The notes under the pieces were generated by a model. The model did not search any database, was not told the DNA's origin, and saw only the letters and a list, made by a program, of their open reading frames with translations. A stretch of DNA of 54,847 nucleotides from Gammaproteobacteria bacterium UBA3498 (GTDB taxonomy: Bacteria; Pseudomonadota; Gammaproteobacteria; Pseudomonadales; Pseudohongiellaceae), in assembly GCA_002377605.1 (NCBI GenBank), contig DFQD01000096.1, forward strand, positions 1 through 54,847. The letters run 5' to 3'. Below are positions 19,591 through 29,698 of this stretch, piece by piece. The translations under genes were made by a program, and so were the position numbers. The first letter of the stretch is position 1; each line of letters opens with the position of its first letter.

Positions 19591-20253
19591 TTATTCGATT
19601 AATTCGATGAATTCATCGGTTGAAAAGACATTGTGGCTTATCACCGGATAATCGATTTCAACTGCAGCCTCCATTTCCCGCATGTTAAATGCGCCCACTG
19701 CATCAGTAAGCATAGTGGTGTGGTAACCCAGCTCAACTGCATAACGCGCTGTAGATTCGATGCAGGTATTAGCGCGCATTCCAGCGAGTACGACATGATC
19801 TAGTCCATTTTGTTTTAACAAAAAGTCCAAATCAGTGTTGGCGAATCCACTAGATTGCCAATGCTGACGCGCTTCGATATCGCCAGGCTGCATTTGCAAA
19901 TCTGGGTGATACTCCACCGCCCAGGTTCCAGCCCTGAATACACGACCAGTGCCGCGAGCAAATTTCCAGCCAGCAGTATCACCTTCTTCCGAATGATGGT
20001 GAGGAACATATATTACTTTCACACCAGCATCTCTGGCTGCAGTTACCAGATTCTTCATGTTCTCAATAGCGTTATTTGCTTCTAGCGTTTCCTTTGACAA
20101 ATCGTAGAGCAGACCACCTTCAGAAAGAAATTCGTTATAGGGATCAACGAGCAAAATTGCAGTTCGACTCGGATCGTAATCATAGTCCTGTGAATTTGCC
20201 TCTACAGATAGGAAAATAGATAGAAGAAGAAACAGGCTAAATCTTTTAGACAC
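19591..20253 (-). CDS. Isochorismatase-family cysteine hydrolase with an N-terminal signal peptide
   Basis: MSKRFSLFLLLSIFLSVEANSQ leader. ILLVDPYNEF (catalytic Asp region). LAGMRANTCIEST (catalytic Cys). Confidence 0.8.
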   Translation of the reverse strand: MSKRFSLFLLLSIFLSVEANSQDYDYDPSRTAILLVDPYNEFLSEGGLLYDLSKETLEANNAIENMKNLVTAARDAGVKVIYVPHHHSEEGDTAGWKFARGTGRVFRAGTWAVEYHPDLQMQPGDIEARQHWQSSGFANTDLDFLLKQNGLDHVVLAGMRANTCIESTARYAVELGYHTTMLTDAVGAFNMREMEAAVEIDYPVISHNVFSTDEFIELIE

Positions 20254-20441
20254 GGTTAAGTTCCTTTATCGATTGTTGAATGGGCTTCAGTTTCAAATCG
20301 ATGCTAGAAGTATTTTAACGAGTATTCAAGCTTTAAGATCAGAATTGAATAAGGTGATCGAAACTCAGAGAGGCATTTGAAACTGAACACTATATAATCT
20401 AGTCAAATTGTTAATTGAGTTTTTACTGGAACTGAATTCCC

Positions 20442-23400
20442 ATGTTTGCTGCCAATTTAGTGTGCCGATTTTTTTATCTTGTTGTGTTTATTTTTTTTCT
20501 TCCATTGGCTACATCTTCTGCCAATGACTTAGTCTTAAAAGAAAACGCAGAATCATTGCAGTTCACTGTCGATGAAGGCTCTTGGGTTTCAGTAAGCTTA
20601 TTGCCAGATGGTGATTCGTTTGTTTTCGACTTGCTGGGAGACATCTATCGCTTGGGCATAGATGGCGGTGAAGCAGCAGTGATTACCCGTGGCATGGGAT
20701 TTGATTCCCAACCTGTAGTTTCTCCTGATGGCAGCAAGATCGCATTTATCAGTGATCGTGACGGCAAAGATAATCTTTGGATAACCAATATCGACGGTAG
20801 CAATCCAATTAAGTTAAGTAGCGAAACGTATGCTGCATTGATCAGTCCTACCTGGAGTCCAGATGGTCAAAACATTGTTGTCACCAAACGTGCTAGAGAA
20901 ATAGAGCTGGTGCAATTCAATTTGGACGGCGGTACTGGAGTTGTAATCGAACAGTTAGATGACGATGGCGATACAGAAAGCGCACCAGGTGTTGGAGCTG
21001 AGTTCTCACCGGATGGCAACCATCTGTATTATGCTGAGCGACTTGGAGGTCCTGATGCTCCGGTGAGTAGTTTTCCAGTCACGCAAATCGTTCGTCTCGA
21101 TTTAAGTACAGGTACAAAGATTCAGGTCACCCGAGGTGAAGGTGGCGGAGTACGGCCAATCATCTCTCCCGATGGACGCTTGATGGTTTATGGAACGCGC
21201 TTCGAAACCAACACCGGCCTAAGAGTAAGAAATCTAGAAAGTGGCGATGATCAATGGCTCACATATCCCGTGCAAAGGGATACCCAAGAAAATTTTCGTC
21301 CATCAACTCGGGGCATGTTACCTGGTTATGAGTTTACGCCGGATAGTGACGCTATCATTCTTTCCAGTAATGGTCAGTTTCAGCGCATAGAAATCGAAGA
21401 CGGGGCAAGGACAACTGTTCCCTTTACCGCAAACGTAAATCTTGAGATTGGTCCAGACTTAACTCAACACTGGCGTGTGCCAACTGACCCCTTTACTGCA
21501 ACCTTAGTACAGGATGTCGATCTCGACCCAGACAAAGAAAATTACGTCGCCAGCATAATGACCCGTCTTTACACTTTGGAAAAAGGTGACGATGAACCGG
21601 AAGAACTTACACCTGACGACATGTGGGCATTTAAACCTGTTTATTCGCCAGACGGACGCTGGATTGCATTTGTAAACTGGACAGCTAATGACGGTGGACA
21701 CATCTGGAAGATTCGCTCAAATGGTAGTAGCAATCCACAACAGTTAACCGAAAATGCTGCCTTCTATACCGACATCGTATGGCAACCCGATGGTCAAAGA
21801 GTCTGGGCATTACGCGGAAACGAATGGATGCGTCATCAGACTTATAGTGAATTCGGGGGGCTCGGTATTCCATTGGAATTGTTTTCCGTGGATGAGGACG
21901 GTGGCGATGAACAGGCCATACTGGAAATTGGAGATGCCAGGGTTCCCCACTTCGGGCCTGAAGAAGATCGCATTTACCTGACGGATGAAGGCACTTTGTT
22001 TTCAGTAAATCTGGATGGTGGCGATCGGAAAGAACATATAAAAGTAACTGGACCCAGAGGCAATCGTTTCCCGGAAGAAGCCCCTGGTGCTGAAGAACTG
22101 CGCATCTCACCGGAAGGAAATTACGTTCTTGCTCATGTCATTAAACAAGTCTTCGTTGTCGGCTTACCAAGGGTTGGGGCCGCGATTCCGGAAGTTAATG
22201 TTAGAAGCGGATCAACCCCGGTTGCCAGGCTCACAGACGTTGGTGCGGACTATATAAGTTGGAGTGATGATGGCGAAACTGTTTTATGGGCCATGGGTTC
22301 AACTGTTTACGAACGGGAATTAGATTCAATTGAATTTAGAAGTGAAGATGAAGAAAACGAAGAAGATGAATCTTTGGAAGACGAAAGCGAAGAAGAAACT
22401 CCCTTTGTTCCGCTCGATGAACACACATCAGTGAACGCAACACGGTTTACAGTTACTTTTGAGCGCGATGCTCCGGAAGGAAATTTGTTAATCAGAGGCG
22501 CCAATGTGATTGCAATGGCGGGAAGTACTCTGACCCAAATGAGCAATCCATTACAGGATCAGGATTTACTAATTACTGACAATCGCATAGCCGCAATTGG
22601 AGCCAGAGGATCTTTCGAAATTCCTGAAGAGACGGATATCGTAGAAGCATACGGCAATTGGATTATCCCGGGTATGATCGACACTCATGCCCACTGGGAG
22701 TTTCGGGCAGGAGATGTCCTGGAGCCAACCAATTGGTCTGTAGCTGTGAACCTGGCCATGGGAGTAACATCTGGGCTCGATGTACAGACATCTAATCATG
22801 ACTATTTTGTATATCGGGATATGCAACAGAGTGGACAAATGATTGGGCAACGCGCATTCATGACCGGTCCGGGAATTTTCGGTATAAATGATTTTCAAAA
22901 CTATGATGCTGTGCACAGTTACCTGCGCCGCTACAGCGATCATTACAACACACCAAACATTAAGGCCTATATTTCTGGCAACAGAGAACAACGACAATGG
23001 GTAGTTAAGGCATCAGAAGATTTAGAGCTAATGCCAACTACCGAAGGTGGCGGGGATCAGAAGCTGGACCTTACTCATGCTATCGATGGTATGCACGGCA
23101 ATGAACATAATATGCCTGACACTCCATTTTTCGATGATATTGTCCAACTCTATGCCCAAACACGTACCGCATACACTCCTACTTTAATAGTTCAATACAA
23201 CGCCGAGGGTATGCGGGAATACTTCTTTACTCGTTCAGAAGTGTATGATGATCCAAAACTACAACGTTTCTATCCTCAAAATCGTTTGGATGAATTGACT
23301 CGACGCCGTCCCGTATGGTTAAGAGATGATGAATTTCGTTTTCGGGAAGGTGCAGAGGCCGCTGCGAAAATTCAACGTGAGGGGGGATTACTAGGTGTCG

Positions 23401-23744
23401 GTGGTCACGCAGAATTGCAGGGTATGAGTTTTCACTGGGAGATGTGGGCTTATGCTATGGGAGGAATGAGCACAGCTGAGATCCTTCGCGCTGCAACAAT
23501 TGATGCAGCTTTTATTATTGGTGCACCAGAAGATCTGGGATCAATTGAAGTTGGAAAATTGGCGGATATGGTAATTCTCAATTCAAATCCCTTGGATGAT
23601 ATTCGAAATAGTGTGGACATTGATCGAGTTATTCAGAATGGGCGACTCTATGACGGCGACACCTTGGAACAACAATGGCCAGATCAGGTTCCGTTTCCTG
23701 AAACCTGGTGGCAAACAGAAGAAGCATCTCCGCCAGGGTTTTAA
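20442..23744 (+). CDS. Exported multidomain protein: TolB-like PD40/WD40 beta-propeller repeats plus a C-terminal amidohydrolase domain
   Basis: 1100 aa. Signal peptide. Repeated SPDG motifs (SPDGSKIAFISDRDG, SPDGQNIV, SPDGNHLYY, SPDGRLMVY, SPDGRWIAF). Acidic linker SEDEENEEDESLEDESEEE. Then GMIDTHAHWE and a C-terminal amidohydrolase-like region (GKLADMVILNSNPLDDI). Confidence 0.8.
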   Translation: MFAANLVCRFFYLVVFIFFLPLATSSANDLVLKENAESLQFTVDEGSWVSVSLLPDGDSFVFDLLGDIYRLGIDGGEAAVITRGMGFDSQPVVSPDGSKIAFISDRDGKDNLWITNIDGSNPIKLSSETYAALISPTWSPDGQNIVVTKRAREIELVQFNLDGGTGVVIEQLDDDGDTESAPGVGAEFSPDGNHLYYAERLGGPDAPVSSFPVTQIVRLDLSTGTKIQVTRGEGGGVRPIISPDGRLMVYGTRFETNTGLRVRNLESGDDQWLTYPVQRDTQENFRPSTRGMLPGYEFTPDSDAIILSSNGQFQRIEIEDGARTTVPFTANVNLEIGPDLTQHWRVPTDPFTATLVQDVDLDPDKENYVASIMTRLYTLEKGDDEPEELTPDDMWAFKPVYSPDGRWIAFVNWTANDGGHIWKIRSNGSSNPQQLTENAAFYTDIVWQPDGQRVWALRGNEWMRHQTYSEFGGLGIPLELFSVDEDGGDEQAILEIGDARVPHFGPEEDRIYLTDEGTLFSVNLDGGDRKEHIKVTGPRGNRFPEEAPGAEELRISPEGNYVLAHVIKQVFVVGLPRVGAAIPEVNVRSGSTPVARLTDVGADYISWSDDGETVLWAMGSTVYERELDSIEFRSEDEENEEDESLEDESEEETPFVPLDEHTSVNATRFTVTFERDAPEGNLLIRGANVIAMAGSTLTQMSNPLQDQDLLITDNRIAAIGARGSFEIPEETDIVEAYGNWIIPGMIDTHAHWEFRAGDVLEPTNWSVAVNLAMGVTSGLDVQTSNHDYFVYRDMQQSGQMIGQRAFMTGPGIFGINDFQNYDAVHSYLRRYSDHYNTPNIKAYISGNREQRQWVVKASEDLELMPTTEGGGDQKLDLTHAIDGMHGNEHNMPDTPFFDDIVQLYAQTRTAYTPTLIVQYNAEGMREYFFTRSEVYDDPKLQRFYPQNRLDELTRRRPVWLRDDEFRFREGAEAAAKIQREGGLLGVGGHAELQGMSFHWEMWAYAMGGMSTAEILRAATIDAAFIIGAPEDLGSIEVGKLADMVILNSNPLDDIRNSVDIDRVIQNGRLYDGDTLEQQWPDQVPFPETWWQTEEASPPGF

Positions 23745-23769
23745 TGCGAACCGGCTATTTAGGGATAAA

Positions 23770-25863
23770 TTAAAAGGTTGCTTGCACACTAAAAGTATAA
23801 TCAGGATCGATGATCCAGTCCTGAATTTCGTAGCGTTTGACTACACCATCGGAGACGTGGCCTTCATAGAAAGTTTTTTCGAACACACGCCAGTCTCTAT
23901 TCCAAAAGTGAGAACCTGCTAATCGCAATCGAATATTTGGCGTAACGTTGTACTCGATAAACATTTCATCCAAATGAGGTAGAAAATCGGCCCCCTCAAA
24001 CAGTGACACATCCTGTCGAAGCCTTTGAGCACGTCTATGAGCTCTTACACCGTAAGCGAAATTTGTTCCTTCCACATCATGGCGAAAATTGACCCTAAAA
24101 TAATCGGAAGTAGAAAATCTTGTTGGCCGCTTCATCCCGGTAAACGGATCAGTAACTTCGGTGTCTTCATGGGTGTAAGACAGAGTAAGTACTGCTGACG
24201 GGAAGCCAATAAAACCGAAGCGTGTATTCAGATTTACATCGAGGCTCTTCTCTAAGGCATCACCAATATTTCCTATTCCTGAATCATCTTTGCCAACCAA
24301 TATTTTGTCGATATGCTCAGAAATATCTGCATATTGGTATCTGACCTCAATCGACCCTTGGTCATTAGCAAATCTTCTTTCGTAACTTAGGGAATAAGTC
24401 CAGGTAACCTCTGGTTCGAGATGAGGATTACCAAAATTAATCAGTTCATCGTCGATGTTTCGGCTGGCAACGAACTCGTTAAGATTTAATTGGCTCGCTG
24501 TGCGTTCAGCCAGGAATCTAAACTGATCAGTTGGTGTTAAGTCGTAACGAACTTCTAATCGCGGTTTTAGATAACGGAAACTACGATCGTTAGTTTGATT
24601 ATCTCTGTCCTGAAAAATCTTTGAATATTCTTCTGTTAATGCGGACTGCAGACTTAACTTGTCATTGAGCTGAATACTGTGAGTAACAAAAACTTCATAG
24701 CGATCTTCTTCAACAATTGCATTGGCGAATGAATCATCATTAAAAGCCCAGGTTCTATCCAGTGTATTAAATGCACCTTCTACACCATATTCCAATGTGT
24801 GCTTACCAATCACGCTTGTCATGGCGGAACGAAAGATCGTTTCCTCTTCGTCATAATCAGCAATACTAGAGAAGAAGCGTGAAGTTACATTGTTTGCAAT
24901 TACATCTTGTTTGATGGTGTCATCGTTCGTTCTATTGTTTACTACAAACAAAGTTTTTAAAAGGCCGATGTCGCCAATATTGAATTCGATATCGCCACCC
25001 ACTTCTATCTCATCATTAAGGTTTGCGATATCTCCTACTTCGATAGCGTTTGGTTCTAATGCTCCGCCGGCTCCAATGAGAAACTGATCCTCATGCCTGT
25101 CGTATCTCTGAGCATTGTCAGAAATCAGTCCATTCAGTTGGAGCAGCACACCATTTTGAAAGGTGTAAGCAAAATTTCCAGTAACTATGTGATTTCGTCG
25201 TGTTTGTGCGTTAAACAGATCACGAAATTCACGTAGTGTTCGATCTGAATTTAGAACGTGTTCGTCAACAAGATTAAGACGAGGCCTATTTTCGTATTGA
25301 TAACTTAAGCCAAACTCTAGTGGTCCCCTACTTGCATTGTATGAGGCTAGTATTGCTGGTTCCGGATCCATTCCATTGATGTCATTAACACCTGCATCGA
25401 CGAAACTCGAAGAGCTATTTTCTGCGCCCTCTTCCAGAATGACGTTGTAAATAATTCCCTCATTACGAATGTCCAGGCCTTCGGCGTTGCCACGAATAAG
25501 CTCAATTCTTTCAACCTGAGATGCCTGAATGCGAGCCAAGGCAGTAGACATATTATTAATCTTGCCTGACATACGGCGACCGTTCAGTAAAACCTGAGAA
25601 TCATTGGAACCGAAACCGCGAAAGTTTCCTCCGCCTCCTGGCCCAAAGCGCCGATTCAAAATCATTTCACCGCCCGGGATATAGCGAATCATGTCAGTGA
25701 GAGTTACCGCATTATATTGGGCAAAATAACTCGCTTCATAGATGATCGTAGATTCATCCTGCTGCTGTGCTATCAATGCAGTGGAAATTAACAACAAAAT
25801 GAGGACCACAATAAATTTGTGGCAAATCAGAATAGTTTTACAAGGCTGGCTTAATACTTTCAT
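23770..25863 (-). CDS. TonB-dependent outer-membrane receptor
   Basis: 697 aa. Signal peptide. Plug-domain sequences (LTDMIRYIPGG, VLLNGRRMSG, VERIELIRG). Long beta-barrel-like region ending in a C-terminal Phe (SVQATF). Confidence 0.85.
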   Translation of the reverse strand: MKVLSQPCKTILICHKFIVVLILLLISTALIAQQQDESTIIYEASYFAQYNAVTLTDMIRYIPGGEMILNRRFGPGGGGNFRGFGSNDSQVLLNGRRMSGKINNMSTALARIQASQVERIELIRGNAEGLDIRNEGIIYNVILEEGAENSSSSFVDAGVNDINGMDPEPAILASYNASRGPLEFGLSYQYENRPRLNLVDEHVLNSDRTLREFRDLFNAQTRRNHIVTGNFAYTFQNGVLLQLNGLISDNAQRYDRHEDQFLIGAGGALEPNAIEVGDIANLNDEIEVGGDIEFNIGDIGLLKTLFVVNNRTNDDTIKQDVIANNVTSRFFSSIADYDEEETIFRSAMTSVIGKHTLEYGVEGAFNTLDRTWAFNDDSFANAIVEEDRYEVFVTHSIQLNDKLSLQSALTEEYSKIFQDRDNQTNDRSFRYLKPRLEVRYDLTPTDQFRFLAERTASQLNLNEFVASRNIDDELINFGNPHLEPEVTWTYSLSYERRFANDQGSIEVRYQYADISEHIDKILVGKDDSGIGNIGDALEKSLDVNLNTRFGFIGFPSAVLTLSYTHEDTEVTDPFTGMKRPTRFSTSDYFRVNFRHDVEGTNFAYGVRAHRRAQRLRQDVSLFEGADFLPHLDEMFIEYNVTPNIRLRLAGSHFWNRDWRVFEKTFYEGHVSDGVVKRYEIQDWIIDPDYTFSVQATF

Positions 25864-26117
25864 TAATGGCTACATACCTTTCTAATCCCGCTTCTTAACG
25901 CATACTTTAACTTATTGATTTTAATAGAGTATCAACTAGTAGGTACTATAGGATACTTGGGGAGGCAACTCGAAAACAAGTTTCAACGTTTGCGAAGGAA
26001 TACCTCCAGATAGAAACGTTACTGACATGACTAGACATCCGCCTGGGACCTCGATAGCTTTAGTTTTTCCTATCCAACTTATAACAATGAACAATCAACC
26101 CCTTAACGGAGGGTAGC

Positions 26118-27332
26118 ATGACTCAGCGCCGAGAATTTCTTAAGTTTCTAGCAGCCAGTCCATTACTTACTAGTTACGAGACCTTCGCCCAGGAAGTCGA
26201 GGAAACTTTAGGGGAGCGACTTACAGATCCTTCCGAAGTTATAAACGTTTTCGAGATGGAAGCCGTTGCGAGAGAAAAAGTTCCTCCGGCGCACTTTGGT
26301 TATCTGGCTACTGGGGTTGATGGCGACATAACATTGAGAGCGAATCGCGCTGGGTTCACTCGCTTTCAGATTAAACCGAGAAGATTAGTTGACGTGAGTC
26401 AACCAGATTTGTCGGTAAACGTTTTGGGAGCTCAGGCGGATTCACCGATTTTCATTTGTCCGGTCGGAAGTCACCGAGCTTTTAATCCTGTGGAAGGTGA
26501 AATCGGTGTTGCTCGAGCTGCCGCCGCAAAGAATCATCACATGACTCTCTCGACTCAGGCCTCGACGCCAATTGAGGACGTAATCGAAGCAAGGGATGGT
26601 CCGATCTGGTTTCAGCTATATCCAACTAATCGCTGGGAATACACCGTAGCTATGTTGCAGCGAGCTGAACAAGCCGGTGCCACGGCAGTTGCCTTAACGA
26701 TAGATTTACCCGGGGGTCGAAATACTGAAACTCAATCAATTTTAATGCGGGAAGACACCCGCACTTGCTCCAACTGCCACACCGGACAAGCAAAGCCAAT
26801 TTTCGATGGTCTGGATATGCGCGGTGTCGGACTAAACGATCCTTCTCTAACCTGGGACGTCATCGGTCGAATCAAAGAAGTAACCGATATGAAAGTCCTC
26901 ATAAAAGGTATTGAAGTAGGAATCGATGCTACGCTTGCAATTGAAAATGGTGCTGACGGAGTTTGGGTATCCAATCACGGCGCAAGAGCAACTGAAACTG
27001 ACAGGGGATCGATTGAATGTTTACCGGAAATCGTCGCCGCGGTTAATGGTCGCATTCCAATCATTATCGACAGTGGCTTCCGACGTGGCACAGACATTTA
27101 TAAAGCATTGGCAATGGGTGCTGATGCTATCGGCATAGGTCGACCATATATCTGGGGACTTGGTGCCTTCGGTCAGGCTGGTGTTGAAAGGGTGTTAGAT
27201 TTATTGAATCGAGAATTACAAATCACCATGCAAGGCAGTGGCACACCTACTGTGCATTCGATAGGACCAGATTATATTTTAGATGCAGGTCGTCGTGTGC
27301 CACGGGGACGATTAGGCCGTGAGTTACTGTAA
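26118..27332 (+). CDS. FMN-dependent alpha-hydroxy acid dehydrogenase/oxidase family protein with a twin-arginine signal
   Basis: MTQRREFLKFLAASPLLTSYETFAQE leader. SNHGARA (family SNHGGRQ motif). IIIDSGFRRGTDIYKALAMGADAIGIGRP. Confidence 0.85.
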   Translation: MTQRREFLKFLAASPLLTSYETFAQEVEETLGERLTDPSEVINVFEMEAVAREKVPPAHFGYLATGVDGDITLRANRAGFTRFQIKPRRLVDVSQPDLSVNVLGAQADSPIFICPVGSHRAFNPVEGEIGVARAAAAKNHHMTLSTQASTPIEDVIEARDGPIWFQLYPTNRWEYTVAMLQRAEQAGATAVALTIDLPGGRNTETQSILMREDTRTCSNCHTGQAKPIFDGLDMRGVGLNDPSLTWDVIGRIKEVTDMKVLIKGIEVGIDATLAIENGADGVWVSNHGARATETDRGSIECLPEIVAAVNGRIPIIIDSGFRRGTDIYKALAMGADAIGIGRPYIWGLGAFGQAGVERVLDLLNRELQITMQGSGTPTVHSIGPDYILDAGRRVPRGRLGRELL

Positions 27333-27360
27333 TAACAGAAAACTTCATAAGGAAGGAAGT

Positions 27361-28350
27361 ATGCAAGTCTTTTGCACCAGTATTAGCAATGCCGTTTGTT
27401 CAGTCTGCTTGTTTGCGATCTTATTTATTGAAAGCACAGTTAGTGCACAGGGGCTAATTGCACCAAATCGACAGCTCGATCCTGAAGCTGGGATGTCAGC
27501 GATTTTATTGGGTACTGGTATTCCCCTTCCTCAAGCTGCAAGAGCTTCAGCATGTAATGCACTTATTGCGGGTGATCGTGTTTTCCTGGTTGATACTGGA
27601 CGAAACTGTGTTCTTAGAGTTCGCGAAGCAGGCCTTACTGATATCAATGGCATCTTTTACACCCACTACCATTCCGATCACTTCATCGGGCTTGGCGAAA
27701 TACTTCTAAACTACGGTGTCGCAGGTCTGGACAAATCAATTCCAGTTGAAGGCCCAGTTGGAGCTAAAGAAATGGTGGATGGCATGCTTGCCAACTATAG
27801 TCTCGATGTTAGCTATCGCATTGCCCATCATGGTGACAAATTCAGTACGGCGATAATGAACCCTACCGTTACTGAGAGTGAGCCTGGTGTAATCTTTGAC
27901 GAAGATGGACTAACCATTACAATGTTCCCTGTTTGTCATGAACCAATAGCTCCCGCTGTTGGTTATCGTTTTGAATACAAAGATCAAACGGTGGTTTTTT
28001 CTGGAGATACCAATGTCTGCCCCGCTTTCGCAGAAGGAGCAAGAGATGCGGACTTGCTGGTTAGTGAAGTTTCCAATCAGGCAATTTGGGATCGCGCTTT
28101 GAGTATGGCCCGGGCTGCTAACAATCAGCGCCAGGTGGAAATGATTCAGGAAGGGCTCGAGTACCATGCAGAGTCTCTTGCACTGGCTCGCATGGCACAA
28201 GAAGTTGGTGTAAAGAAATTAGCTCTCACACATTTTTTCCCAAGCTTTCCACCAACGGAACAAGCCGAAGCGAATTTCATTAGTGGCATGAGTGATTTTT
28301 ATGATGGCCCAATAGTAGTTGGACGAGATGGAATGGAAGTAGCACCTTAA
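27361..28350 (+). CDS. Exported MBL-fold metallo-hydrolase
   Basis: Start placed at ATG 27361 after AAGGAAGG; the track start at 27319 overlaps the upstream gene. Signal peptide ...IESTVSAQG. HYHSDH (HxHxDH) motif. Downstream ...LALTHF. Confidence 0.75.
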   Translation: MQVFCTSISNAVCSVCLFAILFIESTVSAQGLIAPNRQLDPEAGMSAILLGTGIPLPQAARASACNALIAGDRVFLVDTGRNCVLRVREAGLTDINGIFYTHYHSDHFIGLGEILLNYGVAGLDKSIPVEGPVGAKEMVDGMLANYSLDVSYRIAHHGDKFSTAIMNPTVTESEPGVIFDEDGLTITMFPVCHEPIAPAVGYRFEYKDQTVVFSGDTNVCPAFAEGARDADLLVSEVSNQAIWDRALSMARAANNQRQVEMIQEGLEYHAESLALARMAQEVGVKKLALTHFFPSFPPTEQAEANFISGMSDFYDGPIVVGRDGMEVAP

Positions 28351-28353
28351 CGG

Positions 28354-29196
28354 TTAATCGAACTGTGAAATGGTCGTTCGGTAAAGCAGGCGATCAAACC
28401 CTGCATAACCGCCAGTCGCCTTGTGTAACACGCTGCGGTTATCCCACATCACTAACATGTTTGGCTGCCATTGATGGCGATAGACGAATTGTTCGGAACC
28501 TTGATAACGATAAAGCTCTTTTAATAGTTCTTTGCTTTCTTTTTCTGAAATCTCTTCGAACCGCTCGATATAGCCAGCAGTTGAATATATGGCAGGCATT
28601 CCAGTTTCAGTATGCGGACGAATTAATGGATGCGTGTGAGTTCGCCGTGCTTCTTCGGAGATAACAATATCCATGCTGCGGTGTTCATTTTCTACTTTAT
28701 TTTCACTATATATTCCATCTGGCGAATAACCGGAAGCTGCTGAATGGATGGCGGTAAGATTCTCAATTCGATCTTTCAATTCGCGCGGTAACTCATCATA
28801 GGCTTTGTGTTGATTAGCAAATAATGTATCGCCGCCTTGCGGTGGTATGGTGATGCCATAAAGACATGTGCCTATCGGTGGTTTGGGCTGAAAGCTCCAA
28901 TCGGTATGCCAATTTTCTGCAAACAAAGAGGTCTTTTCATCAGCATCGCGTCGAATAGCTGAAATGTTTTTGTGGGCATCGATTGGATTAAAAAACGGAT
29001 CTTCGCCAAAATTCCCAAAGTAAAGTGTGAAGCGAGCAAGATCTTGGACACTAATCTCTTGCTCTGGAAATACAAGAACGTGATGTTTCAACCAAGCTTG
29101 GCGAATCTTAGTCACTTGCTCAGATGAAAGTTGCTGAGTTAGATCGACATTGGTAATTTCCGCTCCGCAGGGAGCTGCTTTTTGACTAACTTGCAT
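28354..29196 (-). CDS. TauD/TfdA-family Fe(II)/2-oxoglutarate-dependent dioxygenase
   Basis: 280 aa. WHTDWSF (HxD iron ligands). C-terminal VMWDNRSVLHKA...R pattern. Confidence 0.8.
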   Translation of the reverse strand: MQVSQKAAPCGAEITNVDLTQQLSSEQVTKIRQAWLKHHVLVFPEQEISVQDLARFTLYFGNFGEDPFFNPIDAHKNISAIRRDADEKTSLFAENWHTDWSFQPKPPIGTCLYGITIPPQGGDTLFANQHKAYDELPRELKDRIENLTAIHSAASGYSPDGIYSENKVENEHRSMDIVISEEARRTHTHPLIRPHTETGMPAIYSTAGYIERFEEISEKESKELLKELYRYQGSEQFVYRHQWQPNMLVMWDNRSVLHKATGGYAGFDRLLYRTTISQFD

Positions 29197-29214
29197 TTAA
29201 TTTCTCTTTCACAC

Positions 29215-29622
29215 TTACGCTGGTGTCTCAACCATAAAGCTGGCTTGAGTTTCCGCTACTAATTCTTTAGTGTCCTCTCGGAACATCTTACCTTCCATAA
29301 CAATGAGCCGACCGCGATTTTTAATGCAATGCCCTTCCACTAAAACTTTTGTGCCGATAGGCAAACTGTCTTTGTAGCGAATATCACATTTGGCGGTATA
29401 GGCTCTAACACCCTTGAGATAGATCCAGTTAGCCATTACATCGTCAAGTACGCTAAATATTATGCCTCCATGGGTAACACCATCGAAGCCACAATGCATA
29501 TTGCCAGGAGTAAACTCCGACCTAGCAACATCATCTTCAATTCTAAAATTCAGTTTCAGACCAATATCATTACTAGGTCCGCATACAAAGCAATTTTTTC
29601 CATCGGTTCTCATTTCAGCCAT
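29215..29622 (-). CDS. PaaI-family hotdog-fold thioesterase
   Basis: 135 aa. CFVCGPSNDIGLKLNF and THGGIIFSVLDDVM motifs. 18 nt upstream of the TauD-like gene, so probably one operon. Confidence 0.7.
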   Translation of the reverse strand: MAEMRTDGKNCFVCGPSNDIGLKLNFRIEDDVARSEFTPGNMHCGFDGVTHGGIIFSVLDDVMANWIYLKGVRAYTAKCDIRYKDSLPIGTKVLVEGHCIKNRGRLIVMEGKMFREDTKELVAETQASFMVETPA

Positions 29623-29698
29623 TTCAATTTAGTACTCACATTATTCAGACATTATTACTTAGCTCCAACAGATGATATCTTAGTGTAGGATAACCGCG

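Noticed and set aside
22330-22395. GAA/GAT-rich low-complexity DNA that looked like a tandem repeat
   Set aside because: It is in frame and encodes the acidic inter-domain linker SEDEENEEDESLEDESEEE. It has no regular repeat unit, so it is not a VNTR or a CRISPR-like array.
21685-22997. Minus-strand ORFs of 141 aa, 79 aa and 142 aa inside 20442-23744
   Set aside because: They are antisense to a 1100-aa ORF with clear PD40 and amidohydrolase motifs, and have no signal or motif of their own.
25864-26117. Short inverted repeats (AGTATC...GATACT; two AACGTT palindromes) in the gap between the TonB receptor and FMN dehydrogenase genes
   Set aside because: The arms are only 6 bp, which is within chance expectation for an AT-rich 254-nt region. 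I see no match to a regulator box that I could defend, such as a Fur box.
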